Assembly (NCBI GenBank): GCA_000320545.1
Contig: ADNK01000237.1
Location: forward strand, 1-64,000
Origin: Bigelowiella natans CCMP2755
Taxonomy: Eukaryota > Protista > Cercozoa
Direction of reading: 5' to 3'
DNA: 64,000 nt
Shown: positions 11,941 through 22,753 of the stretch, in pieces
Numbering within the stretch: position 1 is the first letter of the stretch
Layout of the letters: every line of letters begins with the position of its first letter
Notes under the pieces: model-generated
Told to the model about the DNA's origin: nothing
Database searches by the model: none
The model's input: the letters and a program-made list of their open reading frames with translations, nothing else
Position numbers and translations under genes: made by a program

Positions 11941-13380
11941 GCTCAGTGCGGACAGCTAGACGTGCAGGCCTAGAGGCTGGCAGGCTAGCAGAGTCACTCT
12001 AGCACTACCGCTTCGACGGCTGTGAGTTGCACAAAACGAAGTGAGCCCCGCTAGCCCGATCGTGAGCGGGTGGAGTGGCATGGGAGTGCATGACGCAGGG
12101 CGTCGGCGACCGCGAAATTGCAATTCACAGCAATTCGCTTCTGCCTGTTGTTGCATGCCTCACGCACGTCTGCTGCGCTCGATCACACTTCAACTGAGCA
12201 CTGAGCACACACGCTGGCTAGCTGGTCTGATGTGTGCAGATTGGTCAACTTGAGAAGTTGCGTCATTGTGACACAAATGGATGCATGAATCATCTGACAG
12301 CGTGCAGATTGGTCAAGTTGAGAAGTGCACAATCTCGCAATCAGGAACACGAGTGTGCGCACGCATGCGCATGCCAACAATTGAGCGGCGACGAGGCACT
12401 CCGATGCTCAGACACATCGCCCGAACAAGTTTGCGCTTCAGTGCCACCCCCGCTCAGAAGCACGCAGCCTGCCTTGACCACGAAGTCAAAGACGATGGCC
12501 CAGCTGCGGCCGTTTTGCACGCGAATGACGGTCTCAACAACGACGTGCTGCACGCATCACTGCACCGTGCCTGTGGCCGCGCAGAGCCGCCAAAAACTTT
12601 TGCAATGAACACTCGCGTGCCAATGATGTCTCCCACCGAAAGTGGCAGTGGTGGTGCAACACCGCGCAGCGCGACAAAGTGCGTGCGATGTGAGCCGCGC
12701 CTTGTTGTAGCCTTTGTTCCACACCCTCGTCCGCGCACCTTGCACTTCTGGACAACAAGACTTGCCAGCTTGTTCGCATGCAAGTCCAGACACCACGCAC
12801 ACGTATACACGCACAGCTTGGCAGGTGACGTGCCGCCTACTTGCAAACTGCGCCACGCATGCGCATGGACACGGTCGGCGGTCTGGGTGTGCAAGTGATG
12901 CGTGTGCCAGTGGCAATGAACAATGATGAACAATGAACAATGATGATGAACTGCAATGAACAATGATGATGAACCACGTTTCCAAAGTGTCACAAGACAT
13001 TTGCAGTGTGCGAAACGCAGTGCCTCGAACTGACTTCAGTGAGGACTGCAACTAGTGAACTAGCAGGTTTTTCAAATTGGAATGATCTGGCTGTGTGCCA
13101 TTGTGAGACAATGTGTGACTAGCAGCAACGTGGCGATGGCGCAAGGCATCCACTCTGAGTAGGAACTTCCCAAACGCAATGTCTACACGACGATCCATGT
13201 TCAGATCATCCGAAGGAGCACCCAGTGAAACTTTGGTTTTGATGGAGCCAGGAGCATCAAAGAATGAAGAACAGGCAGGAGAAGCTGGGCCCAGAGCTGC
13301 TCTCATGCTCCAAAATGTTGCAAGACATTTGCAGTGTCAAGTCGAATCCAAAGTGAAAAAAAAAATCTCAACGAAAAAAA
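11941..13380. mobile_element. Degenerate repeat/TE remnant; TpA-depleted; contains an inverted copy of the 7547 repeat
   Basis: 12955-13063 is a reverse-complement match to ~7547-7650. Partial fourth copy at ~13308-13338. (caatgatgaa)-like tandem at 12914-12973. 25-bp direct repeat gtgcagattggtcaaSttgagaagt at 12234 and 12302. Confidence 0.6.
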
Positions 13381-14339
13381 TGCCGGAAAAGTCATGAAAA
13401 CGATCAATTAGGCGAGTTTGGTGGGAAAATGCATGCGACTTGCGTGCACAGGAAAGAATTTTTTCAAAAATTTTGCGACCGAGAACCGTGTTTTGGATGG
13501 ATCGGATTTCCTGATTTCCGGGATTTCACCTAACACAACTCACACAACTTCTCTCGTGCTCGTGGCGACGAGACAATTTAGAAACCGCATGGGGTACACC
13601 TTTCACATAGGGGGGGGATTTTCAGCAAGACACAACTTTCCAAGAATCATCTACGAAAAGTCGCAAATTCTGACACATTTTCGAATTATTAAAGGAAAAT
13701 TTGAGAAAATCACCTTAGTTCTTTAAATGTGATTTACCTGAAATGTGTGACCGATCTGATACTTTTCGCGCCAACCGGACTTTCTGCCATCGGGGATACA
13801 ATCTTAAATCCCGGCATTCTGTTGGTTCTAAGGACTTTTCTCCAAACGTCAGCCAGTGGGAGGAGAACATGTGGCTGACATTCTTCCTCGTTGACTGAAA
13901 CCTCCACAAGTTCACTAGCCCAAGAGACGTTGACTGAGTTTCCTCCCCCCCCCCTTTTGTCCCTGCATCTTTGTACAGGTTGCATACGAATAATTTACTT
14001 TAATATCTTCATAGTGAATGTCTTTCTGCTAAATTTTAATGCTAATATTTTGGTGGCAAAATAATATGACGGCGGTTTCGGAAGTTTGGACAATTCTCAC
14101 TCTTATCAATATCCTCTTTGGATGAAATTGGAATAGATAAATATTTGAATAACTTTTCCAGGCGAATAGGATGCATGGGCAAATCAAGATTCCGGTTCCA
14201 CCTCGAAAAGTGGTGCCTTCCCGTCGAACAGGAACTTCGCAAAGGTGTTCTAAAGTAGAAATTTTTGTCCTTGTACATTCGATGATCAAACTGAATTCAC
14301 ACGGAAAATCTAAATATTTAACATGGACTCTATTGTAGG

Positions 14340-15284
14340 ATGCGAGATATGATTTTTGCTGGGATGGCTCCGAGCATCAGCATACTCCTGACTTCCCCTA
14401 TTGATGTAGTGAAGGCTCGAATGCAGGTACATGGAGAGGGAATTAAGGTTAGCTTTCAACGAACAGCCTTCGGAGAACTTCGTGAGCTTTTCCAAAAAGA
14501 AGGACTTTCTGGGTGTTATAGAGGCCTTGGAATATCTATAATGCGAGAGGCATCTTTAAACGTAATGCGCCTCGGCCTATACGATCCCATCATGTCCCTG
14601 ATGCACACCGGCTACTACGACATGGCGTCTACAAAGGAAACTGGTTTGCCTCCCTTGTACAAACGGCTGCTATGTGGGAGTATTTGTGGAATTATGGGGT
14701 CTGTGGCCTCGAGCCCAATGGAGCTAATCAAGTGCCGCATGCAGTGTGGCGGGGAAAGCGCTGCCGCGGGTCACAAGTATAAGTATACGAGTGCATATGA
14801 CGCTTGCACAAAAATAATACGTTCAGAAGGTGTGAAAGGCCTTTGGAATGGTGCTGAAGTCTTTGTGATGCGCAATGCAATTGGATCTGCGGCGAATCTC
14901 AGCACTTTCTCCGCATTTAAGGCATATTTTCTCAATTTTCGTGAAGACTCCGTGCTAGTTGACGTTGCTGCGGGACTGGCATCGGGTTTTGTAACAACCT
15001 GTGTAATGTGCCCTCTTGATATGATCAAGACACGTCTTCAGAATCAACCAGTAGATGAGCTCACAGGAAAAGGCAGATTGTACCGGCATGGAGGTGATGC
15101 AGTAGCGAAGATCGTGAAAAGTGAGGGAACGTTCGCTTTGTACAAAGGTTTCTCGTCTCTCTTTGTCCGGACTGGCCCTCACTACGTGCTTACGTTCGCA
15201 ATCTATGGCCTGTTAAAGCGGTGGGCAAGCAGTAAAGATAACTCTGATGGAGATGTTGGAACTACTGTTAACCATTACTACTAG
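14340..15284 (+). CDS. Mitochondrial carrier (SLC25), OAC1/SLC25A34-35-like anion carrier
   Basis: Three Px[DE]xxKxRxQ signatures (PIDVVKARMQ, PMELIKCRMQ, PLDMIKTRLQ). REASLNVMRLGLYDPI and RTGPHYVLTF resemble the oxaloacetate/dicarboxylate carrier group. Confidence 0.9.
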   Translation: MRDMIFAGMAPSISILLTSPIDVVKARMQVHGEGIKVSFQRTAFGELRELFQKEGLSGCYRGLGISIMREASLNVMRLGLYDPIMSLMHTGYYDMASTKETGLPPLYKRLLCGSICGIMGSVASSPMELIKCRMQCGGESAAAGHKYKYTSAYDACTKIIRSEGVKGLWNGAEVFVMRNAIGSAANLSTFSAFKAYFLNFREDSVLVDVAAGLASGFVTTCVMCPLDMIKTRLQNQPVDELTGKGRLYRHGGDAVAKIVKSEGTFALYKGFSSLFVRTGPHYVLTFAIYGLLKRWASSKDNSDGDVGTTVNHYY

Positions 15285-17331
15285 TACGCTGATTCTCCTA
15301 AAAAAATCCTAAATAATGAACTGGCTATGGAAGCCGCCAACCAAATCTCCCTATGCTGGATCGTAAAATGAAAAATATCAAAAATCTATTCTAGTATCTT
15401 TGACATGTGTTCTCAAAGCATGCTATGCATCGTCTCGGAAAGAAATATGCTATCAGTTCTTCACTCAGAGACATTTCTAATTTTTAATCACGTATCGTTT
15501 TCAGCTATTTAAGGAAGTAGTTTTTTTATTCGATTGGAAATCTATTGCACCTGGACAAATGAAAATTACCTCTTCTCTTGGCACCTTAACAATATAATTA
15601 CTGGGGAACAGTTAAGGATTACACTACATGTACAACTGATATTCATCGTCAGCATCTACAAAGTGATCATGTTTAACTCAACACCGTTATCGTGGCCATT
15701 CACCAGCATGCATACTATACAGTATACACATCTAGACTATGACTACTGATATACTTAGTCCGGCGACGTAAATATCTTGTAGCAGCGCGCTATATTGCAC
15801 TGGCGACAGATTAGACAGCGCTGCATATACATTATTAAATGGCCATGCGACATGCAGGGTCCAGCAATAGCGAAGATGCATCTATACGCAGTGGCATCAC
15901 ATTGCTAGATTGCGTATGTGTCGTACAAGTGCGCGTGTGTGCAGCGCATGCTTGGTACACATACATTAAACACTAGCACATGCATGGCCGCGGCAACATA
16001 TGTATATATGGACGCGCACAGTAAACATGACAATGCAACGCACGCATTTTCCGTTCTGCTTACGCGCGCCGTTCTGCGCACGATCGACGTGTGCATGATG
16101 ATCGACTGCCAATGACGCCATGTGGCTGTGCACGTACAAGCTAGCTTGTTGTCACGTTCTAGCAGAGTTGTGCTGTGGCGCCCGTGTGATCGAGCGGGTG
16201 TGCGTGAGAACATGTATGAACCTTAATGTGTGAGTACGACGTACTTGCACATCGATGTGTGAAACGCGTACTTCTAGGCTTGCACGTCACACTAGCGCAC
16301 ACTGAGCGCGTCGCTGCCGTCGCTCTCTTGCTTGTACATCCTACTGCCGCCATGCAGGGACCACACCTAGCACACCCCACATTTCATTTCCCCACATCTA
16401 GCACATACTATCGATCGATCGGCAGTAGCAAAAATTGCGAAAATGAAATATGGGGCATGGTCCATACACACGGCGGCGCTCATATCAGCTCAACAAGGCC
16501 ATCCATGCAAACTGCGTGCAGCCCATGTGCATGCAACTTGAGATGACAAGTACGTCTTCATGATGTGCATCGCATGTGCCATGCATGGCTACATGCATGT
16601 CAGCTAGCGTTGCCTATATGCCAGCATCGTTGCTACAACTACCAATGCATCGCATGCACATTCAAGGCTAGGTGTGAGCTTTCAGATGTTGTTTACGCTT
16701 CCTAGAACCTCTTGCAGAACATCAACTAGCGACACATACATACCGTGTGCCACGTGCACGCGTGCACGCGTGTGCGCGTGTCACTTGTTGGATGCATTTG
16801 CAAAACGAATGTTCAATGCCTAATCACATCACCTGGAATGTCTAGATGTTCACCTCTCATTTCATTTATAATTGGTACAGAAACTTTTATTTTTTCAGCT
16901 TCTTGAAATTAACTTCAAATAGTATGTACAGAAGACAAACATGGTATCATGCTGTGGTACTACAGTTGACGATGCCTATGTGCCATCTCGCTATACTGCA
17001 TTTTAACGTTTGCATTCAGCGTGAGCGCTCTTCGTTATTTGTATGGTTGTTGCTCACCGATAACCCACCATTCACATATCGATGGACACTCGCTGGGATA
17101 CCAGCGGTCAGGATTGTTTCACGTACGTGTGAGTCTGTACTATTATGGCTACGTTCTTTGTGCTTCAGATTCAAACTCTTATTTCCACGGCTGGCTATCA
17201 AGCGATTAGAGTTTTCAATTTTGTGATCGACCGTTTTTGACGTTGAACTGGAAGAAGATTTGATCTTTGTCTCCCTTTTGAATAAATCAACACGCTCAGA
17301 ACTATTGAAGCTTTTCAGACTCTTCGCTGTA

Positions 17332-17364
<33 letters not shown>

Positions 17365-17509
17365 TGTGTGCGTGTAAGAAAGAGAGAAAGTATGTGTAAA
17401 TATGTGAGTAGTACAAGAAGGGGTGATAAAAAATAATTCATGCCCGGGGAAGAGGAACTAACTAAACCCCTGATACCCTAACCCACTTATTCTTCTTTCT
17501 CCAATCTCA

Positions 17510-18737
17510 GGGAGTGGAAATAGGCACGTGCGTGGACAAGAAGCTAGTGACCGTTTGGCCAACATCGTCATTAGAGCACAGCGACTTCCTATACTTTTCC
17601 CGCAACAACACAATCTACAATTCTCACGACATCGAGGGATTCCAGCAGTTTTCCTACGACACTGCATGCTCTGCCCGCACTCCCTCATTCTCGGCGCTCA
17701 CAGTAGATCCCAAGATGCGGCGTCTCCCTTACGACGCCAGCAGTAGTATCGTCGTCCAATCTGGAGTCGATCCGCGGGCTCTGGTTTGTGGGCCACTGTA
17801 CCAAGACGTGGACACGCCTCCACCGACTAGCAATGGTTGGTTTGCAGCTGTCAACTACAAAGGTGCCTTTGGAAGCAGAAGTTGGCTCGACTTGTGGTCG
17901 TTTGTCGCCCAGAATAGTGCCTTGGAACCTGCGATCCCTTGGGCCTGCAGCACAGCGAACCCAACGGTACTAAGAGGCGAGATCGTGTTTCACCAAGCCC
18001 TGATCTGCCCAACAGGAGCAATAGTCGAAAGCGTAGCTTCCTCAAATCTTTCTTCGACAGCGAGTCCAGCTTTATCAATATCAGGGCAACACTTGTATGC
18101 CAAACTCCGCTCAGTGTTAGAGGCAAAAAACCTTGTTGCGGCAGCAAACATTCGCCTCTCCGTCCAATGCGGGCCGATCACCACGACCGTCGTGTTGGAG
18201 ATGATATTTAATGGTCCGAGAGAAGTCGCAACAACTTATGCCGAAAATTTCTCCAACTTCCCGCAGAAGACACTAGGAGAGGAGCTTGTGCTGCTGTATG
18301 GTGCCCCTCAAGTATCGATTGCGTTAGTTGGGGGCCAAAACATACCCGCTCTTCCCACACCGGCGCCGACAAACTACCCTACTCCGTCACCTACGCCGCA
18401 ACGGGTGAGGGACTCGACCCTTGGGCAGGTGTACCTAGGGATCACAGTGGCGTTCATGTGCACGATAGCATGCCTCATCATAACGTCCTCCATCATCTGT
18501 GTGACAGAGATAAAGAAATCCTCGGTGAATTTGTATTTAAACATACTCTTCCGAGGTGATTCAAAGCAAATCTCAGTCGAAAGTAGAGAAAGCAAAGAAG
18601 AACATACATCAATGGAGAGGTGCGATGACAGTTTAATTGGAATGTCCGTATTGAGAAGAAGATGCAGACTCAGTTCTGAGATAGAGCTTCAAGGTATGGC
18701 ATCGATGAAGTCATCAAATCAACAATTTAACATTTAG
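17510..18737 (+). CDS. Type I membrane protein (3' exon only seen): ectodomain, PT-rich stalk, TM helix, cytosolic tail
   Basis: 407-codon ORF beginning at a polypyrimidine..ctcag acceptor (17509). PTPAPTNYPTPSPTP stalk and TM VYLGITVAFMCTIACLIITSSIICV. No convincing upstream exon found. Confidence 0.55.
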
Positions 18738-19584
18738 ATACAGATAGTTGGTCTTTTATTACTTAGTTAATCTAGAATAGTCAATGAGATAGTTTGCTTT
18801 CCAAAATTCAAAATGACTATTCTCACGTCCGAATCAGCAAAGGTGAAGATTCCACTAAACATTCTGTCAAGCAATTTATTTCATGCGCATGATGAGTCAT
18901 GCAAAAGCTAGTCGAATCAACGACTTGGTTTGCAATTTACAATGTATTTGCATGCAGTGCTCCTCAAATCTCCGTTGACTGTGCCGTAATGTGCTGTCTA
19001 GATGTGCAGTGTGCATCGCGTATGCGCATGTTCATGCACAACACTAGCTAGCTAGGATGCCAGTGTAGCCACAGCAGTGTAGTGTATATATTTCCCTAGC
19101 GTGACTTGCTTCTGAAAACGTCAACCATAGCAAATACAGTGCATGTCACGTTACTTGCATCCGCGTGCATGATGTGCACAAGTGTCTATTACTAGCACGT
19201 ATTAAGTCCACCAGACACATCTGCTAGACATCCACATCTAGACATGCATGACATGTATGTGTGCGATGCATGCAAATCTCGATTACATTTTGCTGTCCGC
19301 CTGGCTTCTGCCATGTCATGTGATACATGATTCTCGCGCATTCCCCCGTTTTGCTGCCCCGAATAGCCATGCAAGGTAGGGCACTGGATCATCTACGTTC
19401 TTAATTGAAGACCCATCCGAATTTTAAAAAATTGTATTGGAAATTTCAAGAAGCAGAAATACAACATAGGTTTCGTAGTTGTTAAAATAATTATACCACA
19501 CAAACAAAAATGAAATGCGGATCAACTACGCTTCTCATAAGTGTTTGCCTTCATCACTCCTTCACACATCGCCTAATCTCCCAG

Positions 19585-20328
19585 CTACGCTTCGATCCCT
19601 AAATTTGAAGACGAGAAGTACTCTTCATCTAATTTCACTGCTTCGATTCGTTCGTCATCATCTGTTTTTTCCTTCATGATGCCTTCAGTTGTCTTAGCTT
19701 CGATTTTCGGTGTCGTTTCGGGCATGTGTTGTTGCAGGCGACGTAGGAGACATGGTAGCGGGAGAGTAATGCTGAGGGAGCAGAGGATTTGGAAGATGAA
19801 AAAGGGATACATCATCTTGATTTCTCGAAAGAAATCAGTCAGACAACTGTAATCTTCTTCAGATTTTGTCTCGACATCTTTGTACTCTTGCTTCCGAGCA
19901 GCTTGTATATTCTTCGTTGCTTCGGTCGACGAAGATGATAGCTCAGTGCCATTGAAGTTATGCACTGGGTCCTCCATTATAGGGTGTTCAATTACAACAA
20001 AAGTCGAAGACATGGTTATAGCTGAGCAAGTGCGAGGTAGAATTTGCGTTCGTCCGTCGTGTGTGTGTTCGGAATGTGGGCTTCCGATGGATGGACTACG
20101 GGCATTTTCTTGTGAAAAAAGATGAACACAGCCCACATTTGGACAAAACCCAAGGGATCTTCGCGAAAGAGAAGGCCGCGCACCGGACTTCAACACTTCG
20201 TTCTTGGGAGTTTGGAAGTTTGTGAAGCGAGTGGGGGAAATAAAATGTGCTGGATTTGGAGTTGAAGACAAGATAAAAAATAATGTCGCAATTGAACAGA
20301 TGCCCGTCAAAATACCAAGGGAGTTCAT
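19585..20328 (-). CDS. Hypothetical protein with signal peptide and S/R-rich transit-like segment
   Basis: 247-aa ORF. Hydrophobic LGILTGICSIATLFFIL followed by a basic S/T/P-rich region, a second hydrophobic stretch near the C-terminus and an acidic tail. The 5' end may extend to ~20593. Confidence 0.45.
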   Translation of the reverse strand: MNSLGILTGICSIATLFFILSSTPNPAHFISPTRFTNFQTPKNEVLKSGARPSLSRRSLGFCPNVGCVHLFSQENARSPSIGSPHSEHTHDGRTQILPRTCSAITMSSTFVVIEHPIMEDPVHNFNGTELSSSSTEATKNIQAARKQEYKDVETKSEEDYSCLTDFFREIKMMYPFFIFQILCSLSITLPLPCLLRRLQQHMPETTPKIEAKTTEGIMKEKTDDDERIEAVKLDEEYFSSSNLGIEA

Positions 20329-20698
20329 TAAGCAATTTGCGATGCATTTTCCTTCTGGCGCCGTCCTGTCTGTTGTCTCAGGAAAAATTATAGTCTACAG
20401 GAGAATTCATTGTCGCAGTGCATAAAATGGTAAGAATCATTTTCAGATCTGATGGACACGTGATATCGAAGGTAAATTCAACAAATCTATCTGCAATGTA
20501 GTCGTATGTGAAAATTTCCATCCTTTTTTGGTTTCTGGTATGGCTTGTCGGAAGAAGAGAACAGAGCAGCTGCAACGCAGCCTCGCTTTCCATAGCTCTA
20601 GTCAGCCCACCGTCTTGCTGCCCCTGGGAACGCAGATGACAATGTTAAACGATGAAACTGTTTAAGGGCAAGGTTGTTTTCGTAACCATTTTGAATTT

Positions 20699-21890
20699 AT
20701 GAACATGAATAGAATGAATCGGTGGAAGATCTAGTTAAGAATATCTGCATCGCTAGAATCTGGATGACGCAGACTCCGACGAATTTTCTCGTTCTTAATG
20801 TTATTTTTGAATTTCCATAGTATTTGGATGAATTTAAATGGCCATTCAATTTTGGGGTGTATTTTACAGGTTTTTGTGGTTCTGGGCGCCGATTCGGTGC
20901 TCGGGATGGAAGTGATAACGTCGGTAGCGCCATGGGAGGCCAGGATTGTTGCTGTGGGGGAACACAAGCAAAGGTAGCGTGCGCTAAGTTTGGTTCATGA
21001 TGTGATATCATAAATTCTTGTCAATATTGATATTTGTTTTCAATCCTCGTTTTTCAGCCTGGATGCCTGCGTGTCTGAAGCCATGAGGTATGGCTCCGAG
21101 GCCATATCAGTCCCTTTGGACATGGTTAAAAAGAAAGATTATGAGGTTAGTTTTTGCTCACTTCTTGACCTCTTGTGTCATTAAATTGATAACGTTGAGC
21201 TATACCTGATAGGCGATGCTATCCCAAGCGCTCCAAGCATATGGCCGTGTAGACTATCTAGTTCTAAATACAGGTACAACAACAATTTTATGTTTCACGA
21301 TTTTGCCTTTGTCTAGGAAGGCTAAGCTTGTGTTTCTATTTTCAAGGAAAGGATTTTGCCCCGCCGTTCATGGAGTGGAGTGGTTTGTCGACGGCTCAGA
21401 GGTTACCCAAAACGACCGTGATTTTGGATTTTTTTCAAGTAACCACCGAAATTTCACAATCTTCAGGCTTTTCACTCGTTATCTCACAATGCCAGTCTAT
21501 GCTATCCAGCTCTGCTTACCCTATCTCACTAGAAATTCTGGATGTATTATGAACTTTTCATGTTCAAATGAAAACGAGCCACAGCCCTGTTCTGCAACCC
21601 TGGAAGCATTTTTGGATAAAATCGACGAAGAATTCAGAAGTTCTGGGAGTCGTGTGCATGTTTTAAATGTGCCTGTAGGAAAGTATGATTCGAAGAGACC
21701 GAATGAGGGCATGGGCATCATTGCTCGTTCTGCCGTGAGGGCATTAGCCAGCAAAGTGGCTTCGTCAAGAATAGATTCCAGTTACAGTTTTGGTTTTCGG
21801 AATTTTTTGGCAATTATGTATCCACAATGGGTCTTTGACATTCTCTACTGCAGATATTGTCGGCGTGGAACAGTAAAAAAGATGCAATAA
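20699..21890 (+). CDS. SDR-fold protein (11beta-HSD/DHRS7-like), apparently lacking catalytic YxxxK; multi-exon
   Basis: VFVVLGADSVLGMEV (degenerate GxxxGxG), AISVPLDM, YGRVDYLVLNT, LPYLTRNSGCIMNFS, LEAFLDKIDEEF..VHVLNVPVG. Start approximate. Confidence 0.65.
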
Positions 21891-21903
21891 CTTCTTACAA
21901 AGC

Positions 21904-22045
21904 CAAAACTTGATGCGGCATGAATTGCGTAGGACAGAACTTTCGTAGGCGTATTGAGTTCACGTCACAAATGGTATAGACAAAACTTGATGCAGCATGA
22001 ATTATGTAGGACCAACTTTAGTAGGCGTATTGGTTTCACATCACA
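21904..22045. repeat. Diverged ~77-bp tandem duplication
   Basis: caaaacttgatgcRgcatgaatt..gtaggcgtattg..ttcacRtcaca at 21904 and 21981. Confidence 0.8.
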
Positions 22046-22753
22046 GTCGTGCAGAACTAGCTAGCTAGAGAGAGACAAAGAAGACGGGAGCAGCTGTGCT
22101 GGTGAATTGCATCGAATCGTGACATGCTAGCATGCTCGTGTGCAGTCAGCACACGCTAGCATGCACATCTAGACATCTCTAGATCTAGATCTGGACACAA
22201 ATGCAAATGCACGTGCTAGCGTGGTCTTCACATAGCAAATGCGAAATTTCAACAACAAATCGAGCTAGCAAGAAAGAACATTATGGCAATAGACACTGTG
22301 AATTGGCTACGGTACGTGTTACATTGAATTTCAACATCAGCACGGAATGAACGTGTGATGTCCGATATCTAGATGTAGCAGCCACAACAATTAACATACA
22401 AGCTAGCAAGGCTAGAAGGGGTAACAAGCTCCCATCCATCATAATTGCATGTTCACCAAGCACGCGAAACATGTCAAATCACGAAAGTTGCGTTTGCATG
22501 GCATTACATTGTGTCAGATGTGCAGCAGCATTGCTACTATTAGACTAGTATGTGTGTACACGCACATGTCATTTCTTGATAGACCTGTAATGGCATGCAT
22601 GCACAAAACTGGAACACAATGGACACGTAATGTCATTTATATTAGACACGTAACATCATTTATACTTCATATTTCATATGTGTTATATTACTTTATGTCT
22701 ATCATGAATGTAGTTTCCGCCTGGAACGATGCCATTTGCAATGTAAATAGGTA

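Noticed and set aside
12281-13051. Long overlapping ORFs (164-205 aa) on both strands
   Set aside because: His/Cys/Ala-rich with no recognisable domain. Openness is explained by loss of TA-containing stop codons.
13734-14289. Short minus-strand ORFs upstream of the carrier
   Set aside because: Could not assemble a consistent spliced frame or recognise a domain.
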